Positions 13,135 through 25,096 of a stretch of DNA of 64,000 bases are shown piece by piece. The stretch is from the NCBI GenBank assembly GCA_964016885.1, contig OZ024748.1:30814001-30878000 (forward strand), read 5' to 3'. Position 1 is the first letter of the stretch; every line of letters begins with the position of its first letter. Position numbers and translations under genes: made by a program. Origin of the DNA: Eledone cirrhosa. Its lineage: Eukaryota. The notes beneath the pieces are model-generated. The model ran no database searches. It had not been told where the DNA came from and saw only the letters and a list, made by a program, of their open reading frames with translations.

Positions 13135-16100
13135 GAGTAGGATGTTTGAATGCACGTGGCCTGGGCTCAACTTGGAAGCAAGCAAAGCTTCTAAATGACC
13201 TCAGGTCACGTGGTATAAATGTAATGGTTATCTGTGAGACTCGGATCAGCGTCGTGCGGCAGCTGGCCCCTACCTTCGATGACTTTGAGGTGCATGCATC
13301 TCTCTGTCAACCTGGAGGTGGGGGTGGGGTTGTCGTACTGCTGGAAAAACACCTGGGTCTTGCCGTACAGGTTGTTCACTCGGACCCGGAGGGTCGTTTG
13401 TTGGTGCTAGACGTTGGCAGTAGTGAAGGTGCGGCCTTGAGACTGGTCGCCGTCTACTCCCCTTTCGGAGCTGAACGGCCCGACTTCTTCCAGCATTTGG
13501 AGACTTTTCTAGGAACATCGCGTTCCCTGCTTCTAGCGGGGGATTGGAATGACATCCTAGATGCACGTTGGGACTATGCAGGAGCATGTCCTAATAGAGG
13601 GGGGTGTAACAGCCTCAAGGGGTTACTCGACCGTTTTAACTTGGTCGATAGATATCGACTAGATTTTCCAACTGTGCCTACCTGGACTTGGACGAACCAT
13701 AGTGCTCAATCTAGATCGTACTTAGATAGATTCTTAGTTAGAAGTAAGGATAGGGACATATTAAGCTGTCCAGAAATGCTCACGGTTGGCTATACGGATC
13801 ACAAATTAGTGACCTGCGTAGTCAATCTCGAGAAAACACATAAACAGGGTCCCGGTTACTGGAAACTTAATTTGTCTTTACCGGCAAAAGAGACTTACAG
13901 AAACCGGATTAGCAGATTAGTTAAGGAGAGGTTGACGGGTGCAATCGTCAACAACCGATGGTGGGCATCTCTCAAAAGAGAGATTAGAACAGAATCAATA
14001 AGTTATAGCAAGATATTAGCTGCCGATAGGAATAGAAACGAGAAAGAATTAACAGGTAAATTAGAAGAGGCAATCAAGAGCGAAGATGTGGCCAGAGTGC
14101 TGGCATCGAGGACGGCCTTGAACCAGTTTTTCGATGCAAAGCACGAAGGCTGCGTCATTCGAAGTAAAATACGTGCTCTAGGTAATGAGGGGGCCAAAGC
14201 CGTTGGCTGGGCCCGCGTGACAGAAGCTAAGAGTGGAAATCGATCCACCATCCGGTCGTTGCAAGACGAGGATAGACGGATGATCCGGGAGCCTAAGCAG
14301 ACGTGCGAGGCCTTTCAAAGGCACTTTGCCCGATTATTCGGGGTAGGCGAGGGTCCGGGCGGGGACGTGGATTTCGGTCCATACCTCGACGGCATGCCGC
14401 GTCTCTTGAGCGAAGAGGCAGAGTCCTGCGAGGGACCAATCTCGGCTGATGAGATCGGGGATGCGCTGAGCCAATGCAGCAGACGCAAATCTCCAGGTCT
14501 CGATGGTATACCTTACGAACTTTATTTAGCAATGCCGGTCTTCTTCTCCGAACTCCTCGAAGCGGTCTACTGCAATTGGCAGCAGAACGGGAGAATTCCT
14601 TGTTCTGTAGCCAAGGGCGTAGTCTCGCTGGTGAGGAAGGACGAGAACAAGGGGGATAGTATAAATAATTTTCGGCCCATAACCCTGCTAAACACAGAGT
14701 TAAAGATTTTGGCCAAGGTGTTAGCAAAGAGGTTGGCGCTTGTCGTGGGTAGCCTGGTGGGAGATGCGCAGACATGTGCTATCCCATCCAGGTCCATTCA
14801 CGATAACCTCCACCTCATGCGATACATCATAGAGAGGGTTGGCAACAAACCCGGCTTCGGTGGGGCCCTGATCAACTTGGATCAGTCTAAGGCCTTCGAT
14901 AGGGTCGACCATGGTTACCTGGATGCGGTGCTAGCGGCGGCTGGGTTCGGTCCTGTTTTCAGAGGCTGGATCACTGCCTTACATAGCAACCACATCTGTT
15001 CTAGGATCAAGGTGAACGGCTACCTTTCGAAGCCGTTCGAAATCACACGATCCATTCGACAGGGGTGCCCTCTCTCCGCCCTTCTGTACGTATTGACTCT
15101 CGAGCCTTTACTGAGGAAGTTAGAGTTGTTGCAGGGTATCCCCCTGGAACCAGGATTGAGCAAAGCGGTGTCGGCCTACGCCGATGACGTAACAGTAATG
15201 GTATCGACCGACTCGGAGATCGGTACCTTACTGGAGGATTACGAAAGGTTGACAGGAGCGAAACTGAACCGGGAACAATCCATCGGGCTGCAACTCGGAA
15301 CGTAGAGAGGCAGACCGATGCCTCACGACGGTGTCGTCGGACACTGGACGGAGGGCCCGGTAAAGTTGCTTGGGGTCTGGTTTGGACCGGACCTCCAGGT
15401 GGAAAAGAACTGGAACGAGGTTACGAACAAGGTGTTTGCACTAACCCAGAAATGGGCCAAGTGTAAGCTGTCCCTAAAAGGCCGGGCGGAGGTGGCGAAC
15501 ATTTACATAGCGTCCGTCACTTACTACCGCCTGACTGTCGTGCCTTGCCCTAAGGAAACACTCACCACCATGGAACGCATGCTCTTCCAATTTCTTTGGA
15601 AGAAGCGCCCTCCTATGGTGAGAAAATCCATCTGCTGCCAACAACCTTCAAAAGGAGGGCTGGGGATGCCGTGGTTGATGATGCGTAGGCACGCATTAAG
15701 GCTACGGCACCTACAGGTATTCCTCACTGGTCAACCGGTGTGGGCTCCGTTCGTGAAACGAGCCTTTCCGAGACTCGTCTCGCTCACCGAGCTGCAGTCC
15801 TGGGTCAAGCAAAGATCCGGAAAACTGGGAGACTGGCACACTGAGTGTGCTCAGGCGCTCAGGGCTCTCTGGCAAGCGGGCCAGGCCATCGGTGGAGAAT
15901 CCACCTCATCATTCTATAGAGGGCTGGTGGCTAGCAGGGGCGATGACACCCTTGGAGAGTCGCTGGACATGGAAGAGGACGAACTGGCCAGCCTGTTCGG
16001 TAGGACTTTCGGCCCGGGACCAATGGACAACTTCCAGAAGTCACTAGCCTGGCAGTGCTACCGGGGGGCTCTACCCGTTCGAGAGAGGCTCTACAGACAC

Positions 16101-16550
16101 GGGCGCCCGGGCAGGGATCCCTCGAAAAAGATTTGCCCTAGATGCGTGCGTCACGAAGAAACCGTTGCGCACGCATTGGTGCAATGTCCGGGCGTGGCTG
16201 ATCTGTGGGGCTACGCCGAACGACTGCTGTCGCGGGTGGCGCCGATTCGATTGACCGCCGAGTCCGTGATGACAATCAAACCGCCTCCCCTCTTCACACA
16301 GGAAGCAAAGGCGGTTTTTCTGTGCGTAATAGCCATGTTGAAAGAGGTTGTTTGGTGGACACGATTGAAAGGTCTGAGGTCAGGCAACTTCCTCTCTGGC
16401 CATAGTCTGGTCTACTTCTTCCGATATCACTTCGGAAGAAGGATAAGAATGGAGAGAGAGGTGCTTGGCCACAGGCAGTTTTATGAAAGGTGGGTGATAG
16501 TGGCGAGAATGGCTCGTGTAAATGGGCCTTCTCTGTATACCATCCTGTAG
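13122..16550 (+). pseudogene. L1/Tx1 ORF2 (AP endonuclease, reverse transcriptase, C-terminal zinc finger) with one in-frame TAG
   Basis: Endonuclease motifs LNARGL, CETR, GDWN, SYLDRF and TDH. RT motifs KSPGLDG, FRPITLLN, DQSKAFDRV, RQGCPLS and YADD. C-terminal CPRC..EETVAHALVQC. ORFs 13122-15305 and 15318-16550 are in the same frame, separated by TAG at 15303-15305. Confidence 0.95.
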
Positions 16551-16861
16551 GTAAAGAAGTGAAGGAGAGGGGAGCACCTTCACCATGTGCTCCCAGGGCA
16601 AAGGATTGCACACTTTTTCGGGGGTGTGTGCAACCCCCATCACGTCCCCTCCCTTTTGAGGTTGTTTTCGATTATTTTCATTTTATACCCTTTTTACTCG
16701 ATTGTATGTAAACTCCCCCTTTGTATTTGTCCCTTCTTTTTATGCCTTTATGGTAAATAAAGAAATATATATATACTTTTCTGATTTATTTCCCTTACAT
16801 TTGGAAAACTTGCTTATCTCCCTTGATGTTAGATTTGTTTACATTTAACTATTTTCACTAT

Positions 16862-17040
16862 GAGGCGGCGAATTAGCTAAGTCGGATAGAATGAGTTGCG
16901 GTATTCATTTCGATTCACAGCGATCTTTGAGTTCAAATCTCGCCGAGGCCAGCTTTTACATTTATTCGAGATCGATTAAAGAAAAAAAATACCAGTTCGA
17001 AATCAACCCGAGTATCGATTACTATCTTGCTCTCTCTCTC
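16862..17040 (+). mobile_element. Degenerate MetaSINE-like copy
   Basis: GGCGGCGAATTAGC head, GAGTTCAAATCTCGCCGAGG B-box and a degraded core. Confidence 0.6.
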
Positions 17041-17174
17041 CTATACTCGAAGAAATCGGCTATGTTCAGACCTGGACATGGAAATGGGTTCCGCAAAATT
17101 AAAAATTCCCCAAACATGTTGTATGCTACTACGGCACTTCTACGACTCTGTCAAGAGTTTTGAGTCCATACATA

Positions 17175-17944
17175 TGTAACGGAATATTATGTGTGGTTGT
17201 AACGACAAGTGGATGGATGGATGTTACTGTTGGTGGTTTCGGTGTAAAGATGTTACTGTTGGTGGTTTCGGTGTAAAGATGTTACTGTTGGTGGTTTCGG
17301 TGTAAAGAAAAATACCAGGAGTGTTGTTACAAAGTTTATTTTATTACAACAATATTCAATTTGAATATTGAATGATAAAATAATTGACACAAAATATTCA
17401 TACAATAATTTGGTGGCTCTTCGAGCCACGTAAATTCAAATATCACAGAATACGATTATAATATGTGTAAACAGAAATGAATGGTGCGTGTACAAATGCT
17501 GGACTCACTATGAATGCGTGTGTGCGGCGTATCAATATATTTACTTATTTGTATTGCAGGAGCCAGCGATCAGCCAGGAAGGTGAGAATAAATGGCAGAC
17601 TGGTTTTTCGTGACGAGAGCTTGTAAAAACGTCTTGTCTTGTCTGTATCCACTTCTTTTCTATTTTAGGCGTAAACAATCCCTGTATTTATAAGAGTTGA
17701 AGTTAGAAGGATAGATATATCCTCTGAACTTTGGTTAGTCTCCCAAGGGATTAGTTTGCCAAGCGTAAACAAGTCATAAAGATGGATATATCCTCTGACC
17801 TATTTTCTGTCAGGCGTAAACACCTCTGACCTATGTTTAGCCTCTCCCAAGGGGTTAGTCTCTTGAGCGTAAACAAGTTACCACAGCTTGTCCCAGAGGC
17901 GGGAAAGCTCAGATTCGGTTTCGAATCTTCGCCGCCGTTATACA
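17175..17944. mobile_element. Probable solo LTR (or TGT..ACA-ended non-autonomous element), 770 bp
   Basis: Starts TGTAACGG, ends CCGTTATACA and is flanked by a TACATA direct repeat (17169-17174 and 17945-17950). It contains three copies of a 29-bp repeat (17220-17307). Confidence 0.65.
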
Positions 17945-18029
17945 TACATATGAGCGATCTAAATTTTCGTGTTTATATTTCAAACATGGAAAATGAAAAT
18001 TGTGTGACAATTTATCAGTGGTGGTAAGA

Positions 18030-19295
18030 TCCTATAGCATCAGATATCTCTCTTTATATTTATTCCTCAAGCCTGTCTGGATGAGACAGACAGGGAGTTG
18101 AAAAGGAACTCCTTGAAAGATACTCACTGCATGATAATTAAAAGCTCACACCAAGGGAAATCACCCAGCAATACTGCAGCGAATCCATGGATGAAAAACT
18201 GCATGCTTATCAGCAAAAAATCATGCATAGATATGCTGGAAGTTCCAGAGTGAGAGTAATATAGATAAACAAAGCAGTCTATCTTGGACCAACGGCCACT
18301 ATATTGGCTCCCACTTTGAAGGATATACTTTTGCAATCCAAGAACAGGAAATCAACACAAAATACCTGATTCACAAAAGAGATAGGGATGCAGGCAAAAC
18401 ACCTAGATGTGATAACAAGTGCAAACTGTAGAATTAACATCTGTCACCCATATCATAAGCAGCTGTCCAAAGATATCACCACGGTATTATCTACCTATGA
18501 GGCATGATGTAGTGGCCAAAACACTGTACAATGCAATCCATAGAAAAGATAGCCCCGACAATAATCACATTATAAGTTACAGCAATGTGGAAAATATACA
18601 CATACATAATATGAAAGAGTACTGGTGGAATGTTCCAGTAAAAACCCCAATAAAATGCAGGCATAACAGACCAGATATTATGATATGGGACAGGGAGAAG
18701 AAAACATGCACAGTAGTGGAAATTAGCTGCCCAGCAGATGCCAATATAATATCAAAGATTAGCGAAAAGGAAAATATTTATGCAGAACTGATGAGAAATC
18801 TGCAGATACTCCACCCTGATTACACCTTCAGATTTATGCCTGTGATTATTGGGGCACTGGGGTATGTTAGTAACTGCCTCAATACAAATCTTGAGAAGCT
18901 AGGCTTCACAGGAACAGAAAGAACATAACTAGTTAGGAAATTACAAGTATAATCCATTAATGGAACAGTAAAAATATGTAAAACATTCCAAAAATTTTGC
19001 ATCTAATAACTGCATATACACATGTACAGATACAAAGCATATATACATGCACACATACAACTCAAAACATCCACATCCACACATACAATAACATCCATAT
19101 CTACACATGCATGCATGCATAAATAATCTACCTAGTTGATGTTGTGTAAATTCCAATGAGAGAGTCTTGTGTCTATGTTAGAAACCGACTCTCCCTCTAT
19201 TGGGAAAAAATTTGTGAAATTATAAAACCAGAAGAACATACATACATACATACATACATACATACATACATACATACATACATACATACATACAT
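18030..19295 (+). mobile_element. 5'-truncated R4/Dong-like LINE with REL endonuclease and (CATA)n tail
   Basis: IQEQEINTKY, THIISSC, RHDVVAK, HNRPDIMIWD..VVEISCP..EKENIY (PD-(D/E)xK-type) and PVIIGALG. The 3' UTR ends in (CATA)n at 19238-19295. Confidence 0.9.
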
Positions 19296-19408
19296 GATGG
19301 CTTCCCCCTCGTTCTGTTATTAATTCTGGCAATATTACACAAATATGACCCTCCCCAAGTATAACAATATTTGTTTCGACACACGATTTCATATAAAAAA
19401 CCTCGCAA

Positions 19409-19546
<138 letters not shown>

Positions 19547-20154
19547 AATTGAGGTTGGTAATGGCACATGGAATATATAAGAGACAGAATACTTTTTTGT
19601 GAAAAAACATATAATTTTATAAGGTAAGGAAATAATAAAGGGTATAAAAAATGACCGGTTTCGATGGGTCTGCAAAAGCCATCTTTTCAAATGTTGATTA
19701 ATATTAAGAAAAATTAATAATACGAAGAGTTAAAATTTGAGATTTGAAAATTCAAGTATAAAATTCATTGTGGGATTTCATAGTAGTTTTCATCTTGGTA
19801 GCAACAAGTTGACTGCTGTGTGCCTTTTTGGTAGTGAATGAGAAGTTATTTGGGGGTGTGGGTTATTTTATAAAGGTCAGATTTAGCAATGGCCAGCTGG
19901 CCAGCTGCTGGTCAGTGAGGGGGTGGAAGCAATATACATACATATATCTTCCTGTGGTCGGTAGGAGAGGGGAGCGTGATAGAAAGGGATTTAGTGCACT
20001 TACACCTATATATACACACATACCTTCATCCACACATACATACATATACATATACATACACATATACATATATATATATATATAAACAAGGTTTAGTAAA
20101 TAATGAAAAAGTTTCAAAATAAATTTTAAAAAATTGACTTTACCCACTATAGTT

Positions 20155-20238
20155 ACCTTTACCGATCGGTTTCGAATCCCAAAAATAAAACGGAGACCAT
20201 ACGGCCTTCGTTGCAAAGAAAGATTCTCGTCAGAAGGT
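20155..20238 (-). ncRNA. Type I hammerhead ribozyme motif (inverted copy)
   Basis: Reverse complement of 20893-20976. Confidence 0.8.
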
Positions 20239-20892
20239 TCTTTTCATTCAAAGAATATAAAATTCCTGAATTTAAATCACAAACTAGCGCTATCAAAAAC
20301 TGTTCCTGGGATGAGAGTGGATGATGTAGAACAGGTTTATCAAGGGCCGTAGCAAAGATAGAGGTAAAAGGAGGTAGGTCAAACTAGCCACAACTATTGC
20401 TAGCAGCAGTCAGGACGACCAAATTTGTTCTCAACGTTAGTGGAGGTACTAGTAATAGGAAATACGTTCCTTCACGCACAAGGCGCCAAGGTACGCATGT
20501 ATTGTCCAACCAAATGCCAGTGTGGTTCAATGGCGGGTTAATAAATTAACGAGCCAGAACAAATATAAACAAGGTTTAGTAAATGATGAAAAAGTTTCAA
20601 AATAAATTTAAAAAAAATTTTAAATATGCGTACATGCGTACCTTGGCGCCTTGTGCGTGAAGGAACGTATTCCCATTACTACAACCTCCACTAACGTCGA
20701 GAACAAATTTGGTCGTCCTGACTGCTGCTAGCAATAGTTGTGGCTAGTTTGACCTACCTCCTTTTTCCTCTAGCTTTGCTACGGCCCTTGATAAACCTGT
20801 TCTACATCATCCACTCTCATCCCAGGAACAGTTTTTGATAGCGCTAGTTTGTGATTTAAATTCAGGAATTTTATATTCTTTGAATGAAAAGA

Positions 20893-20976
20893 ACCTTCTG
20901 ACGAGAATCTTTCTTTGCAACGAAGGCCGTATGGTCTCCGTTTTATTTTTGGGATTCGAAACCGATCGGTAAAGGT
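20893..20976 (+). ncRNA. Type I hammerhead ribozyme motif with a long stem II insert
   Basis: ACCTT-CTGACGA-GAATC..GATTC-GAAA-CCGATCGG-TA|AAGGT. Stem I ACCTT/AAGGT, intact core, palindromic stem III and a GUA cleavage triplet. Confidence 0.8.
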
Positions 20977-21154
20977 AACTATAGTGGGTAAAGTCAATTT
21001 TTTAAAATTTATTTTGAAACTTTTTCATTATTTACTAAACCTTGTTTATATTTGTTCTGGCTCGTTAATTTATTAACCCACCATTGAACCACACTGGCAT
21101 TTGGTTGGACAATACATGCGTACCTTGGCGCCTTGTGCGTGAAGGAACGTATTT

Positions 21155-21232
<78 letters not shown>

Positions 21233-21638
21233 CACACATACATACACACACACATACATATACATACACACATACACACACACATACATACACACATTAT
21301 GGAAAAAATATGTGTATGTATGTATATATATATATATTTGGAGGCCATTTCTCTGTGTGTGGGTGTATGTATGTGTATATGTGTGTGTGTGTGTGTGTAT
21401 GTGTGTGCATGTGGATGTATGTATTGTGTGTGCGTGTGTGTGTGTGTATGTATGTGTGGGTGTGTGTATATATATATATGTGTGTGTGTGTGTGTATGTA
21501 TGTGTGTATCTGGATGTATGTGTATGTATATATATGTGTGTGTGTGTATATATATATGCGTGTGTATGTGTATATATATATGTGTGTATGTGTGTATGTA
21601 TATGTATGTGTGTGTGTATGTATGTATGTGTGTATATG

Positions 21639-21693
<55 letters not shown>

Positions 21694-22239
21694 GTGTATG
21701 TATATGTATGTATGTGTGGATGAAGGTATGTGTGTATATATAGGTGTAAGTGCACTAAATCCCTTTCTATCACGCTCCCCTCTCCTACCGACCACAGGAA
21801 GATATATGTATGTATATTGCTTCCACCCCCTCACTGACCAGCAGCTGGCCAGCTAGCCATTGCTAAATCTGACCTTTATAAAATAACCCACCCCACCAAA
21901 TAACTTCTCATTCACTACCAGAAAGGCACACAGCAGTCAACTTGTTGCTACCAAGATGAAAACTACTATGAAATCCCACAATGAATTTTATACTTGAATT
22001 TTCAAATCTCAAATTTTAACTCTTCGTATTATTAATTTTTCTTAATATTAATCAACATTTGAAAAGATGGCTTTTGCAGACCCATCGAAACCGGTCATTT
22101 TTTATACCCTTTATTATTTCCTTACCTTATAAAATTATATGTTTTTTCACAAAAAAGTATTCTGTCTCTTATATATTCCATGTGCCATTACCAACCTCAA
22201 TTTTCTCTATAACCTTCGTTTTGTGTAGAAAATTACACT

Positions 22240-22311
<72 letters not shown>

Positions 22312-22350
22312 AAATTGTAGTTTACTTGAAGCATTGCGTAGTGAGGTATA

Positions 22351-22726
22351 AACGTTTGAAGTTAGAAGGCCAGGTTTGGATCATCATCATCATCATTTTA
22401 TGTCCGCTTTTCCCTGCTTGCAAGGTAAATACAAATGCAAAAGATATCGCAAAAGATATCGCTGACAATTAGTCTTTTACCTTAAATTTATTTGAATATC
22501 CGTATATTTCGAGATAATATATCTTCTTCAGAGGGAAGTAAAGGGGTTATTCCATTAGAACACTGGATTAACCCCTTTACTTCCCTCTGAAGAAGAGATA
22601 TTATCTCGAAATATAAGGATATTCAAATAAATTTAAGGTAAAAGACTAATTGTCAGTGATATCTTTTGTATTTGTATTTATATTCTATATCCATACCTTA
22701 ATTGTTCTGGCCTTCTAACTTCAAAC

Positions 22727-22808
<82 letters not shown>

Positions 22809-22903
22809 ATATATATATATACGTTTGAAGTTAGAAGGCCAAAACAATGCAGGTATGGATATAGAATATAAATACAAATACAAAAGATATCACTGACAAT
22901 TAG
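22351..22903. mobile_element. Penelope-like terminal repeat in fold-back arrangement, with a minimal hammerhead-like motif
   Basis: Hairpin arms ~22455-22553 and ~22565-22665, plus further copies at 22351-22373 and 22821-22903. CCT-CTGAAGA-AGAGATATTATCTC-GAAA-TATA-AGG lies at 22584-22618. Confidence 0.6.
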
Positions 22904-23344
22904 TATAATGTTTATTTTAGGTTTTGCCGTCTGAATTCCTCAGTGAAATATGTATAATGGAGTTTTAAATAAAGCTGAATCAACTGAATATGGCCTCCGA
23001 TCTTTTATTAATATATATATATCTTCATCACAATTTAATCTCTGTTTTTCCATGCTTGCATGGGTTAGACGGGTTGCCCACGTCATGAGGAAAATCTGGC
23101 CACAGAACTGCTAGATCTTTACAGCTGGATGTCCTTCCTACCGTCAACCATGTTTACAGTGTGGAGCTGGGTGGCACCGTTATGATTAATGTCTGGCCAG
23201 TTGGCCACGCCATGCCTTGCACATATTGGGGCCATGTTACTGGTGCACAGCATTTGATCCCTCTTATGCCCAATTTCACTTTCAATTCATTTACACTTTG
23301 CCATTCACACACACTACTGTTACACATCCATATGAGCATGCAGA

Positions 23345-23575
23345 TTTTGACACAAAAACAAGATGTTGTAGGATAGAACAAAGGAGAGACAAAATAAAAA
23401 CCCAGTCACCGAGGAGGTCACAGGATGTGTGACGAAAGAGCTTTGACAATATATAAACAACCATCCGGTTATCGAACCAATCAACCAACTGGAAATTTAA
23501 AATAAATTGAAGTGAAAACCAACAGGTGCATGTGTTTTTATTGGCAGCCTGACCCTCCCAAAGTACAACACACAT
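23345..23575 (+). mobile_element. Penelope-like terminal repeat of the same family as 29490-29760, with a mutated hammerhead core
   Basis: Reverse-complement similarity to 29490-29745. AGTCA-CCGAGGA-GGTCACA..TGTGAC-GAAA-GAGCTT-TGAC lies at 23404-23447. Confidence 0.7.
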
Positions 23576-23639
23576 TTTTAGATAAGAAATCTTGTAAAAC
23601 AAATTCAAATATATATATATTTATATAACATGTGATGAC

Positions 23640-24500
23640 CAATGTAGGTAGAAAGTTCTAGCCCTTCTAGATCTTTACTTCCTTGTAGGCCATAAATATC
23701 AACAAATATTAAATTGTCATAGAGTGAAAATAGGCTACTCTTGTACCAGTAACATAAAATCCCACATCACCAACAAACGCAAAAGCCTTCTGCTTTATAG
23801 ATGCTTATGCAGAAGGCCAAAAGCATGCACCCCCAGATCAACAGTGCAACACTCCTGCAATGATATATGAAGTAGAAGTGACCTCCACCAACCAGAACCA
23901 CCAAACTGAAGCCTGGACTTACGTTGGAATGTCTGAGAGCTGGTCCAAAAGCTGTTTCTTGAACCACAAAACAACTTTCAAACATCCTGACAAAAAACAT
24001 ACTACCCTGCTCATGAACCTTGTATGGAAACTCAAAAATAACAGCACAGTATATGGAGTATACTGGAAAAATTCACCCTATGTCAATGGAACAGAATTTT
24101 ACCAGCTGTGTAACTCGGAGAAGTGGAATATACTCTCGCAAGTGGCTTCAGGAAAATGCTGCTTAAATACCCACCTCAACTGCTTCAGTCACTGTCTTGA
24201 TGAAACAAAATTCACTCTGAAAACTGGTATAGACCAAATTAACAATTTATTTTCTTCAACTTTTCAACCTAACTCTTGGACTCCATGTGTAACACAAGTT
24301 GCTTCCCTTTTGTTTTTTTTATAGTTACCTCCCTTTCAAGGGAGTTGTTTATTTATAGCTAAATTCAAGGTTACCTATCCTTAGAACTCTCCTATAATTT
24401 TTTAAACCTCCATGTGAGTAGGCATTTTTATTTATAAAGGCTGAATGAGTTGGGGTGAATAATCGAATGAAACTAAATACCTGTATATGTCACTGTTGTA
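23640..24500 (+). mobile_element. Penelope-like element 3' fragment, decayed GIY-YIG endonuclease
   Basis: ORF 23860-24324 reads IYEVEVT..TYVGMSE..FLNHKTTFKH..LVWKLK..YQLCNSEK..LN..SHC, the layout of a Penelope GIY-YIG domain. Confidence 0.75.
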
Positions 24501-24544
24501 ACTAATTATGGTATATATATATCATTATACACACACACATATAT

Positions 24545-25096
24545 CATCATCATCATCATCATCATCATCATCGTTTAACGTCCATGTTCCACGCTTGCAT
24601 GGGTTTGGACGGGAGTTTTCCCACTTGAGGCAAGAGTGGTTGTCATTGCTCGCATAGGACTGTCTGGCGGGTTTTCTACAGCTGGATGCCCTTCCTAACA
24701 CCAACCACATTTACAGTGTGGGGCTGGGAGGTTTTTACCGTGTTGCCTACAAGGCCACATTACAGCGTGGACTGTGTGTTTTTTTGTCGTGACACCTACA
24801 CAATCTCATTTGTTTTGGCCTGGATGTTGTGGCACCAACATAACTTTACGTTGAAAGGGGCGGTGTGGATGGGGTGGTGGTGGTGGTGGGACGGGGGTGT
24901 ATTTTGTTAGAGATGCCTACTGACTGTAGTAGGTTTTACTTTGTATTTAGGTAAGGCGGGTCTTCTCTATTACTGAGTACCGCCAAAGGTCTCGGTTCAG
25001 TGACATTATCTTGGAGAGGTGTAAGTGTGTGAGGTCGGAATTTATCAGCTCGTCCCAGGTTTTTCTGGGTCTGCCTACTCCGTGGCTACCGTCTAA
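24545..25096 (-). mobile_element. RTE LINE 3' end (short 5'-truncated copy), head-to-head with the next element
   Basis: Reverse complement of ~26049-26592 with scattered substitutions. (CAT)n tail at 24545-24572. Confidence 0.9.

Larger units (their letters stand above)
11262..16775 (+). mobile_element. Near full-length L1/Tx1-clade non-LTR retrotransposon
   Basis: Short 5' UTR, ORF1 with a CCHC knuckle and ORF2 APE-RT-ZnF. The 3' UTR has AATAAA (16756-16761) running into (AT)n. ORF2 is clearly more GC-rich than the flanks. Confidence 0.95.

Noticed and set aside
11117-16711. Antisense and alternate-frame ORFs over the L1/Tx1 element
   Set aside because: They are shadows of a GC-rich or low-complexity coding strand, with no recognisable motifs.
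25011-25096. N-terminus of the 395-aa ORF as part of the RTE protein
   Set aside because: It is antisense sequence of the inverted RTE arm, fused in frame by chance.
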